In this document: in pieces, positions 16,397-23,908 of the stretch
Position numbering within the stretch: the first letter of the stretch is position 1
How the letters are laid out: each line of letters starts with the position of its first letter
DNA from: Candidatus Dormiibacterota bacterium
GTDB taxonomy: Bacteria; Chloroflexota; Dormibacteria; Dormibacterales; Dormibacteraceae
NCBI GenBank assembly: GCA_035636935.1
Contig: DASPYE010000202.1
Span: forward strand, 1-42,127
DNA length: 42,127 nucleotides
Direction: 5' to 3'
Translations under genes and position numbers: made by a program
Notes under the pieces: generated by a model
The model's input: only the letters and a program-made list of their open reading frames with translations
Database searches by the model: none
What the model was told of the DNA's origin: nothing

Positions 16397-18801
16397 CGCC
16401 GTCTCCTGACCAGGCGTTTCGCGAACAGCGGCACGACCATCACGAGCCCGACGAGACCAAGCAGCGACTCGGGCACAACAATGCTCGGCGGCACGAGGTT
16501 GGTGTCGCCGGCCCCGGCAGTCCCGTCGTAGACCATCGACGGCTTGCCGCCCGTATTGTGCGTAAGCGTCACCTGGACGCACAGCGACCCGCCAGGCGGG
16601 ATCACCATCGCAAGCTGGCTTGCGCTCGTGGTGACGGTGAATGGACTCGTCGTATTCACACCGTTCGATCCGTACGTGGCCGTCCACGTCGATCCGACGT
16701 TGGGGACGGTGGCGACAAAACCGGCGCAGCTCGATGTTGCGGAGACACCGGCGGCGATGGCAACAGTGTCATTCGTCGACCCGGAGCCACCCGTCCAGTT
16801 CATCGTGAAGGTCCAGACGCCGCCGGCCACGGTTTGGGCGGGGAGGCTGCTGAACGACCAGGCTGTGACCACGCCCCCGGAGGCGGACTGGATCTGGCAT
16901 GCAGTGGCTCGCGTGCCGATCGCCTGGTCGACCGTGCTGGCGACGCATCCTGGAGCCGTGCCGGTGCCATGGAGGTAGAGCGGGTTGCCGGCGGCCCTCA
17001 CGATCGGGGCACGCGTCGATGCCACGACCAGGCCGCTGAAAAGCAGGACGAGCAATCCAACAGCAAACCAGCCAACCCAGCGCTTGTGCGGTGCCGCGCG
17101 GAGTGGCGATGGCGACGCCTTGGCGACGGGCGTGGTCGGCGACGTCCAGCGCGGCGCGCCGCGGCGCGCGCGCAGCCAGCGGCCGAGCATGTACAGCCTC
17201 CGGAGGTGGCGCACCTCGTCTGTGACCCGGCCCGTCTTCGGCGTGCGGAACCACGGGCCTTCGTCGCGACTGATCAATCCTTTGAATGCCGCCCAACCCT
17301 GAAACGGAACGAGCGCGAATGACAGCACGAGGGCGCCGAATACGCCCTGCACGTCGCGGGCCGGCGCCTCTTCGAGGATCAGGCCGCCGAGGTTCATCAA
17401 CGGGAGCGCGAAGATGTTGGAGAACAGGAGCGACCATCCGAGAAGCGCGGTCCACCCGGGAACGTGAGTCTGGAAGACGACCTCCGAGATGAGCCAGCTC
17501 ACCGAGCCGATGACGAACAGTCCGGCCTGCAGGTAGTAAGAGGCGTCGTACAGGAACTCGAGCTTTTCGATTGGCGTGACGAGCGGCGAGGTCATGATCG
17601 GCAAGAACCACTTGCGGACGTTGTGCGTGTGCCCTTCAGCCCAGCGCATCCGCTGACGCGCAAGCCGCGAGAAAGTGCTTACGCATTCAGCCGGCGTCTC
17701 CGCCCATGGCGTGTAGATCACTTTGTAGCCGCGCGTGTAGAGCTTGAGAGTGAGCTCCCAGTCCTCGGTGATGCTCGTGCCCCATCCGACCTGGCGCAGA
17801 ACGTCGGCCCGGATCATGTACGCGGTGCCCGCGATCATCTTCAAAGAGCCGATCGCATCCTGGAATGGACGCTCGATCATGTAGCTGCCCGCGTATTCCG
17901 CTCGCACCGCCTCGGTCAGCCAGCTCTCCGATTTGTTCAGCACATGCCACTGGTAGCTCTGCACGGCGGCGACCTCGGGCCGGCGCCTGATCTGGCCAGG
18001 TTCTGACAGAGGTTCGGTGCGGCCGAAGGCGGCTTCGAACCGCTTGCTGGAGGCGCCCTCGCTGACCCGATAAAAGAGGGGCAGCAGCCGCTCGATGGAG
18101 TCCGGGAAAGGCACCGAGTCGGCGTCGAACACCACGACGTACTCGGCGCGGGGGTCCATGACCTTGAGCGCCTCGCGCAGCGCCCCTCCCTTGTAACCGG
18201 CGCGACTCGTGCGGTGAAGGATCTTGAATCGAGGACTGTTCACCCAGCGCTGAAGGATCTGGATCGATTCGTCGGTGGAATCGTCGACGACGACCACCTC
18301 GTACTCGGTGTACTCGAGCTGAGAGAGCGCGGTCAGCAGCCGCTCGATGACGCGTTCTTCGTTGTACGCCGCGACGTGGACGGAGACGAACGGCTGATAT
18401 CCGATGTCGAGGTGATAGCCGTTGCCATTGCCGTTGATCCGGTTAAGCGCGTTGCCATTTGTCTTTCCCGCGCCGTTCCCGTTTCGCGGTGCTCCGACGA
18501 GGGTTGTCAGCAGCACCATCGCTGTGCTCAGGTAGTACTTGACCGCGTAGGCGAAGAAGATCGCGCCGAGGAAGAGTCCCCCGAAAGCGAATCCATAAGC
18601 GATCCAATCGGCGCCGCTCTGGATCTTCGATTGCTGGACCAGGTCCAGAAAACCGTGTGCGATGGCGACGATCGGGATCGCGCCGATGACAAATGCGCCG
18701 ACGAGCACGGCGTTGAGGAGGACGTTCCAGGCGAGTCCGCGGAACCCGCGACCGGGCTCCTGCGACGCGCCCGTGAGATGAGCCGGATCTTCTCCCGCCA
18801 C
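16393..18801 (-). CDS. Processive family-2 glycosyltransferase (BcsA/NodC/chitin-synthase-like) fused to a C-terminal ectodomain with PEP-CTERM-like sorting signal
   Basis: GT2 motifs VVVVDDSTDES, VVFDADSVP, ITEDWELT (TED) and RQRMRWAEGH (QxxRW) are flanked by TM helices. After a last TM (WFAVGLLVLLFSGLVVAS) comes a roughly 175-aa Thr/Ser/Gly-rich ectodomain with 4 Cys. The protein ends IVVPES-LLGLVGLVMVVPLF-AKRLVRRRR-stop. GTG start is at 18801. Confidence 0.85.
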   Translation of the reverse strand: MAGEDPAHLTGASQEPGRGFRGLAWNVLLNAVLVGAFVIGAIPIVAIAHGFLDLVQQSKIQSGADWIAYGFAFGGLFLGAIFFAYAVKYYLSTAMVLLTTLVGAPRNGNGAGKTNGNALNRINGNGNGYHLDIGYQPFVSVHVAAYNEERVIERLLTALSQLEYTEYEVVVVDDSTDESIQILQRWVNSPRFKILHRTSRAGYKGGALREALKVMDPRAEYVVVFDADSVPFPDSIERLLPLFYRVSEGASSKRFEAAFGRTEPLSEPGQIRRRPEVAAVQSYQWHVLNKSESWLTEAVRAEYAGSYMIERPFQDAIGSLKMIAGTAYMIRADVLRQVGWGTSITEDWELTLKLYTRGYKVIYTPWAETPAECVSTFSRLARQRMRWAEGHTHNVRKWFLPIMTSPLVTPIEKLEFLYDASYYLQAGLFVIGSVSWLISEVVFQTHVPGWTALLGWSLLFSNIFALPLMNLGGLILEEAPARDVQGVFGALVLSFALVPFQGWAAFKGLISRDEGPWFRTPKTGRVTDEVRHLRRLYMLGRWLRARRGAPRWTSPTTPVAKASPSPLRAAPHKRWVGWFAVGLLVLLFSGLVVASTRAPIVRAAGNPLYLHGTGTAPGCVASTVDQAIGTRATACQIQSASGGVVTAWSFSSLPAQTVAGGVWTFTMNWTGGSGSTNDTVAIAAGVSATSSCAGFVATVPNVGSTWTATYGSNGVNTTSPFTVTTSASQLAMVIPPGGSLCVQVTLTHNTGGKPSMVYDGTAGAGDTNLVPPSIVVPESLLGLVGLVMVVPLFAKRLVRRRR

Positions 18802-18802
18802 C

Positions 18803-19159
18803 TCAGATCTCGTCCTCGAGAAAAAGAGCCGCGCTCAGCTCGGCGCTGTCGAAACGGCGATGTCCGCCTGGAGTCGTGAGCGTCGGCTGAAGCAAGCCTC
18901 GGCGAACGGCGCGGTTCAAGGTCGGCTGGCTTACGCCCAGCAGGCGAGCGGCTTCGCCGGTCGTGATCAGCCGGGCGCCTTCGGGCTCGTCCTGGAGACT
19001 CAAGGCATACGCCTCAACGTCTGCCTCACCGAACCGCCGGTGACCGCCGGGGGTGATCATGGCGGGGCGCAGGAGGCCCCTTCCCACGGCGCGCGCCACA
19101 GTCGCTTGGCTGACGCCAAGGCGAGTGGCCACATCCTTCGAACTGATCAATCTCTGCAA
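18803..19159 (-). CDS. Tandem-duplicated MerR/excisionase-family (BldC-like) HTH DNA-binding protein
   Basis: Two internal repeats are present: LISSKDVATRLGVSQATVARAVGRGLLRPAMITPGGHRRFGEADV and LITTGEAARLLGVSQPTLNRAVRRGLLQPTLTTPGGHRRFDSAEL. The LGVS..T+..GGHRRF pattern matches excisionase-family HTH proteins such as BldC (GGHRRY). TTG start is at 19159 (or 19150), and the stop lies 1 nt before the GT2 start. Confidence 0.7.
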   Translation of the reverse strand: MQRLISSKDVATRLGVSQATVARAVGRGLLRPAMITPGGHRRFGEADVEAYALSLQDEPEGARLITTGEAARLLGVSQPTLNRAVRRGLLQPTLTTPGGHRRFDSAELSAALFLEDEI

Positions 19160-19397
19160 GACGTTGTGCTGGGGCTAACGAACCCTAATCAAAAAGCAGT
19201 CGCCTTGCAGCTACGTTCCGCGAGGAGGGCTTGGGATCCCAAGAGTGGCGCAGGCGTTTCGTCGTTGAAAAAGTGCAGAGATCGACCAATCCCCTCCCCG
19301 ATTTCGTGCCAAACTTTTCACCGCGCAAAGTGCGCGCGGACCTTCAGAAAGGAATCAGGAACTCATCTTTAGTTAGAACCTCACCCCCCGCAGCCAA

Positions 19398-19441
19398 GCT
19401 CGGAGCCGGTGTCGAGAAATCGCCCGGCCCGAGCCTTTTTT
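19398..19441 (+). terminator. Intrinsic-terminator-like hairpin with T6 tract (plus-strand orientation)
   Basis: GCTCGGAGCCGG (19398-19409) pairs with CCGGCCCGAGC (19424-19434) with one bulge and a 14-nt loop. C + TTTTTT follows (19436-19441). No convincing plus-strand gene lies upstream. On the minus strand it sits just after the rmlD stop but lacks a good U tract. Confidence 0.3.
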
Positions 19442-19459
19442 AGGGGTTTTCGCTCTTTT

Positions 19460-20281
19460 TCAGCCCAGACGAGTCTGGCGCGCCCAGTCGTGCAGCGCCT
19501 CGCGCCAGGAGCGCAGAAGCTCAATTCGCTCTGAGGCAAGGCAGCCGTTTGCGGGCCGGCTGGCGCGCGTGTGAAGTTGATCGCTGGTCAAGGGACGGAT
19601 GGGCGCCACGACGCCTGCTTCGTCGAGCACCGCCTGGGAAAATTCGTGCCACGTACAACAGCCGTTTCCTACCAGGTGCACGACGCCACTGACTTCCTCT
19701 CCCGCAAGTCCAACAACTCGTTCGGCCAGGTCGGCTGCGCTCGTCGGATTGACCCGCTGATCCGTGACCATCTCGAGCTCGCCGTGGGCGCGGACTCGCT
19801 CCAGAATCCGCTCCGGGAACCCCGTGCCGACGCGCCCGTAAACGGCGGCTGTGCGGACGATCAGCGCCTTCGGATCTGCGGCTAGCACGGAGCGCTCGCC
19901 CGCGAACTTTGAGAACCCGTACGCGCCAAGGGGCCGGGCCTGGTCGGATTCCACGTACGGTCGAGCCTGCCGGCCGTCGAACACGAAGTTGGTCGAGAAG
20001 TGCACGAGTCTGGCGCCATGACGGCTGCAAGCGGCGGCGACGTTCGCGGGACCGTCGCGATTGAGCTTCAGCGCAACCGCCGGCTCATCTTCGGCACGGT
20101 CAACCGCGTTGTACGCGGCGCAGTTGAAGACGACCTCCGGTTTGATCGCCGCCATCAACGCGTCGACCGCCGGAGCATCCGTGATCGACAACCTCTCGTG
20201 CGGCACCGCGCTTTCATTTCCCAGGAGGCGTACAAGCTCAGTGCCGAGCTGACCTCTGGCGCCGAAGACGATCGCTTTCAG
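19460..20281 (-). CDS. rmlD: dTDP-4-dehydrorhamnose reductase RmlD
   Basis: Motifs FNCAAYNAVDRAEDEP, VHFSTNFVFDG and PLGAYGFSKFAGE. The Rossmann motif (LKAIVFGARGQLGTELV) lies in frame upstream of the track start (GTG 20206). There is no ATG/GTG/TTG between it and the in-frame stop at 20294-20296. The only start-like codon is CTG 20281, which overlaps the upstream TGA (CTGA). Confidence 0.85.
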   Translation of the reverse strand: MKAIVFGARGQLGTELVRLLGNESAVPHERLSITDAPAVDALMAAIKPEVVFNCAAYNAVDRAEDEPAVALKLNRDGPANVAAACSRHGARLVHFSTNFVFDGRQARPYVESDQARPLGAYGFSKFAGERSVLAADPKALIVRTAAVYGRVGTGFPERILERVRAHGELEMVTDQRVNPTSAADLAERVVGLAGEEVSGVVHLVGNGCCTWHEFSQAVLDEAGVVAPIRPLTSDQLHTRASRPANGCLASERIELLRSWREALHDWARQTRLG

Positions 20282-23200
20282 AGCGAGGCTTGATCAGCCT
20301 GCGGAGCAGCGTCGGAATGCTGCATCAACAGGGCAGTGATTTCGCTGTCTTCGACAGGCCGGCCAACGAGAAATCCCTGCGCGGCGTCACATCCCGCTTC
20401 CACCAGGATCGTCTCCGCGATCCTGTCCTGCAGGCCCTCGGCAACGACCCGCAAGCCCAAGTTGTGACCGAGTCCAACCGCCGACCGAACTATGGCGGCG
20501 GAATCCGTATCTGACGCCAGCGCCGAGACGAAGGAGCGGTCGATCTTGATCTCGTTGACCGGCAGCCGCATCAGGTAGAGCAGCGAAGAATAGCCGGTGC
20601 CGAAATCGTCGAGCGCAAGGCGAACGCCGATGTCGTGCAGGCGGTGCAGCGCCTTGGCGGCGGCCGCGGCCATCGCCACACCTTCTGTGATCTCGAGCGT
20701 GAGGCGGCTCGGCTCGACCTTGAAGTTGCCCAGCGCCCGGGCGACCATCTCCTCGAGCGAGTGGTCCTCGATGTTGCGCGGCGAGACGTTGAGCGAGATG
20801 GAGACGTCGATCCCGTCCGCGAGCCATTTGCAAAGCTGTGTCAGGGCCGCATCGATGACCCATGCGGTGAGCGGATGGATGATGCCCGTCTCCTCCGCCA
20901 TGGGGATGAACCTGTCCGGCGGCATGAGTCCTTCGCGCGGGTGGTTCCACCTCACAAGCGCCTCGACGGTCTGGATCGCACCAGTCGCAAGCGTCACCTG
21001 CGGCTGGTAATGGAGAAGGAGCTCGCCTTGAGGAATCGATCGGCGCAGCTCGCCGGCGAGCCCCGAGCGCCGCAAGGTCTGCGCCTCCTGCTCCGGCTGG
21101 TACAGCGCGTACCCGCCACCGGAACGCTTGGCCACATACATCGCGACGTCGGCGCGGCGAAGCAGCGTGCTCGGGTCGTCGCCGTGCACCGGGTACATGG
21201 CGATACCGATCGATGCTCCCGTCTCGATCATCTGGTCGCCGATCGCAAAGGGGCCCTCGAGCGACGCGAGGATCTTGCGCGCGGTCGCAACGACATCCTC
21301 CGGATGCTTGGCGTCCGTCGTCAGGACCGCGAACTCGTCTCCGCCGAGTCGGGCGACCGTGTCGGTCGCGCGCAGCACACCGCGCAGCCGGGCTGTGACC
21401 TCCTGGAGCAGGCTGTCACCGCGGTCGTGACCGAGCGCGTCGTTGATGTCCTTGAAGCGATCGAGGTCGAGCAGCAGGACGCCAAACATCTTCTGATTAC
21501 GACGCGCGGCGAGCAGCGCCTGGCGCAAACGGTCACCGAACAGGCTGCGGTTCGGCAGCCCGGTGAGCGCGTCGTGAAGAGCCTGATATTCGAGCGCGTC
21601 GGTGTGCGCCTTGCGGTCCGAGATGTCGCGCAGCGTCGCGATGAACAGGTGGCGCGACCCGATCTGCATCGAGCTGACAATGAACTCGAGCGGAAACAGG
21701 CTCCCGTTCTTGCGCTTGCCCATCGTCTCGTGCGCGCCGCTGACCGGGATGTCGAGGGTGAGGCGGCGCTGGAGGTAGTTGTCGAAGGCGCTGCGATGCG
21801 TCGTCGCGATCAGGATGTCGGCCTGCTGTCCCGTCAGCTCCTGCTCCGAATAGCCGAAGAGCTTGACCACCGCTGGATTGGCCGATTCGATGATCCCGGC
21901 GGGGTCAATCGTCGCCAGGCCGTCGGACACGTTGTCGAGGACTGAGCGCATTCGCTTCTCGCTTTCCTGCAGCGCGACCTCGGCCCGTTTGCGCTCGACG
22001 AACTCGCCAATCTGCGAGCCCACGTCGTTCATCACGGCAATCAAGCCGTCGTCGAGGTCCCGCGCCGCCCAGGTGTGAAGGGAGATCATCCCGACCACGC
22101 GGCGGCCGCTGCGCACCGGAAAGCCGACGATCCCATGCAGCCCGACCGCGACCGCGGCCACGGCACGCGGCGAACTGTCGCCCCCGTGGTCGGGCATCGC
22201 GATCGGCGCTCCTGCCTCCCAGACCCGACCGGCGAGGCCTTCGCCGCGGCGGTAGACGGCGCTCGCGGCCGTCGCCTCGAATGCGGTCGTGTCACGGCCG
22301 GGACGCTTCCACGAAGTGACGAAATGCATGGCCTCGCGTTCGGCGTCCACCTCCCAGTACTCGGCTAGCTCCCAGTCGAGCGTGCGGCACAGGCCTTCGA
22401 GCACTCCTGACGCCGCCTTCTCCCAGCCAGGCGAGGTGACGAGGGCCTGTGTGACCGCGAACCTCGCCGCCTGCAGGACCTCGGCGCGCTTGCGGTCACG
22501 GATGTCGACGGTGACGGTCTGGAAGTACATCGGCCGCTGGTCCGCGCCGCGCACCAGGCGCATCGTGAGGTCAGCCCAAACGTCCTCGCCGTCCTTACGT
22601 GTGTAGCGCTTCTCGATGCGGCGCCCTTCTTCTTCCCCCGCGAGCATGCCCTGCATCGCCTCTTGCAGGGCGGCGACGTCATCGGGATGTGTGATATCGA
22701 GCACCGAAAGGGTCCGCAGCTCGCCGTCGGCGTAACCGACCAGGTCGCAAAACGCGGGGTTGACCGTCGTGATGTGTCCGTCCAGCGTGGTGAATGCCAT
22801 GCCGGCCTGGGCTTGGTGAAACAGCGTGCGGAATCGCGTCTCCATCTCCCGCTCCGCCTCTTCGGCGCGCAACCGCTCGCTGATGTCGCTCACCAATGTC
22901 AGGAGCTGGTTGCGCCTGGTCGTCACCCGGTGGATCGCGACCTCAACCTGGATCCGCCTGCCTGACTTGCTGATGACAGCCGACGTATACCGCGCAGGGG
23001 CGTCTCCGCCTGACAGCCTCTTCGCCAGGTTGGCGGCCAGCTGCTCGCGTTCGTCTTCGGGAGCCAGGTCGATCAGGGACTGCATCGCCCCGAGCTCGGC
23101 GCGCGTGTAGCCGGTCAGCTTCACGTAGGCGTCGTTGCCCGCGACAAAGCGGCCGTCTTCGGTGATCAGCAGGCCTTCGCCGAGGTCGCTGAGGGTAGCC

Positions 23201-23832
23201 AGCAGTGAGCTTTGGCGCGCGACCTGGGCTCCGAGGTCTCGCTGCACGGAGCGACTTGTGAGCAGCGCGAGAAGCCCGATCCCGACCAGGAGAAGGGTCC
23301 AGATCACGACCGTGCTGAGGGACACCATCAGCTGAGTCACCGCATACGCCCAGAGCAGACTCAGGGCGACGATCGCGACCCCGAACACGTAACCGAAATG
23401 ACGCGAATGGAGCCCGGCATCGAACTGCAGCAGCACGACCGCGAAGCTCACGGCGGCCAGCGGGGGCAGGTCGTTGCCCAGCCACTTGCCGGCCACCCCC
23501 AGGAGGAGGACGGCCAGGGTGGCCGCGCCGGCCATGATCGCCAGCTGGGCGATCAGGCTGGTGGCCAGCTTCGAAATCCTCACCGCCACTGCGACCACCG
23601 CCAGGACGACGCCGAGGGCGATGAGCACCGCTTCCTGGCGCAACACGGCGGCCGGAAGGTTGGCCTCCCAGATTCGGTAGGCCACCCCGGCGATGACCGC
23701 TGCAGCCGCGATCGCGTTGATCAGGGGCAGGTTCCACGAACCGGACGCCTGGGGCAGTCCGGCAGCCGCCCAGGCGGCCCCAAACACAGGATCGGTTGCC
23801 GGCGGCCGGGACGCGATCATCTCGTTGGCCAA
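20278..23832 (-). CDS. Membrane-bound PAS-PAS-GAF-PAS-GGDEF-EAL signalling protein (c-di-GMP turnover)
   Basis: The N-terminal 200 aa or so is polytopic. PAS-like segments and a GAF-like segment follow. The GGDEF domain shows GLPNRSLF...RLGGDEFAVL. The EAL domain shows EALVRWNHP, DDFGTGYSSL and KIDRSF. Start is TTG 23832 or ATG 23820. Confidence 0.9.
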   Translation of the reverse strand: MANEMIASRPPATDPVFGAAWAAAGLPQASGSWNLPLINAIAAAAVIAGVAYRIWEANLPAAVLRQEAVLIALGVVLAVVAVAVRISKLATSLIAQLAIMAGAATLAVLLLGVAGKWLGNDLPPLAAVSFAVVLLQFDAGLHSRHFGYVFGVAIVALSLLWAYAVTQLMVSLSTVVIWTLLLVGIGLLALLTSRSVQRDLGAQVARQSSLLATLSDLGEGLLITEDGRFVAGNDAYVKLTGYTRAELGAMQSLIDLAPEDEREQLAANLAKRLSGGDAPARYTSAVISKSGRRIQVEVAIHRVTTRRNQLLTLVSDISERLRAEEAEREMETRFRTLFHQAQAGMAFTTLDGHITTVNPAFCDLVGYADGELRTLSVLDITHPDDVAALQEAMQGMLAGEEEGRRIEKRYTRKDGEDVWADLTMRLVRGADQRPMYFQTVTVDIRDRKRAEVLQAARFAVTQALVTSPGWEKAASGVLEGLCRTLDWELAEYWEVDAEREAMHFVTSWKRPGRDTTAFEATAASAVYRRGEGLAGRVWEAGAPIAMPDHGGDSSPRAVAAVAVGLHGIVGFPVRSGRRVVGMISLHTWAARDLDDGLIAVMNDVGSQIGEFVERKRAEVALQESEKRMRSVLDNVSDGLATIDPAGIIESANPAVVKLFGYSEQELTGQQADILIATTHRSAFDNYLQRRLTLDIPVSGAHETMGKRKNGSLFPLEFIVSSMQIGSRHLFIATLRDISDRKAHTDALEYQALHDALTGLPNRSLFGDRLRQALLAARRNQKMFGVLLLDLDRFKDINDALGHDRGDSLLQEVTARLRGVLRATDTVARLGGDEFAVLTTDAKHPEDVVATARKILASLEGPFAIGDQMIETGASIGIAMYPVHGDDPSTLLRRADVAMYVAKRSGGGYALYQPEQEAQTLRRSGLAGELRRSIPQGELLLHYQPQVTLATGAIQTVEALVRWNHPREGLMPPDRFIPMAEETGIIHPLTAWVIDAALTQLCKWLADGIDVSISLNVSPRNIEDHSLEEMVARALGNFKVEPSRLTLEITEGVAMAAAAAKALHRLHDIGVRLALDDFGTGYSSLLYLMRLPVNEIKIDRSFVSALASDTDSAAIVRSAVGLGHNLGLRVVAEGLQDRIAETILVEAGCDAAQGFLVGRPVEDSEITALLMQHSDAAPQADQASL

Positions 23833-23908
23833 GTTCGAAGAACGATAACGTTCGGGACCCGAAACTGGTCTCCAGGGACCTCAGGGCCGGGGCGAGTCGG
23901 CGCCGGCC

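Noticed and set aside
16397-16687. Upstream 97 codons of the 15815-16687 ORF (MDGHVRIERCEYDES...).
   Set aside because: The stretch lies wholly inside the GT2 ectodomain coding region in another frame. The membrane-protein character starts only at MRTRERDNVNLTLIAL (ATG 16396), which forms an ATGA overlap with the GT2 stop.
16393-17300. Possible PilZ domain in the C-terminal part of the GT2 (RWLRARR resembles RxxxR).
   Set aside because: No D/NxSxxG motif or beta-barrel-like segment follows in the cytoplasmic stretch. The region is immediately followed by a TM helix and the ectodomain.
19231-19443. 70-codon plus-strand ORF in the 19.2-19.4 kb intergenic region.
   Set aside because: The ORF has no SD and a low-complexity, Pro/Ser/Arg-rich translation, and it spans the AT-richer promoter region. 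It is retained only as a possible sRNA region (see finding).
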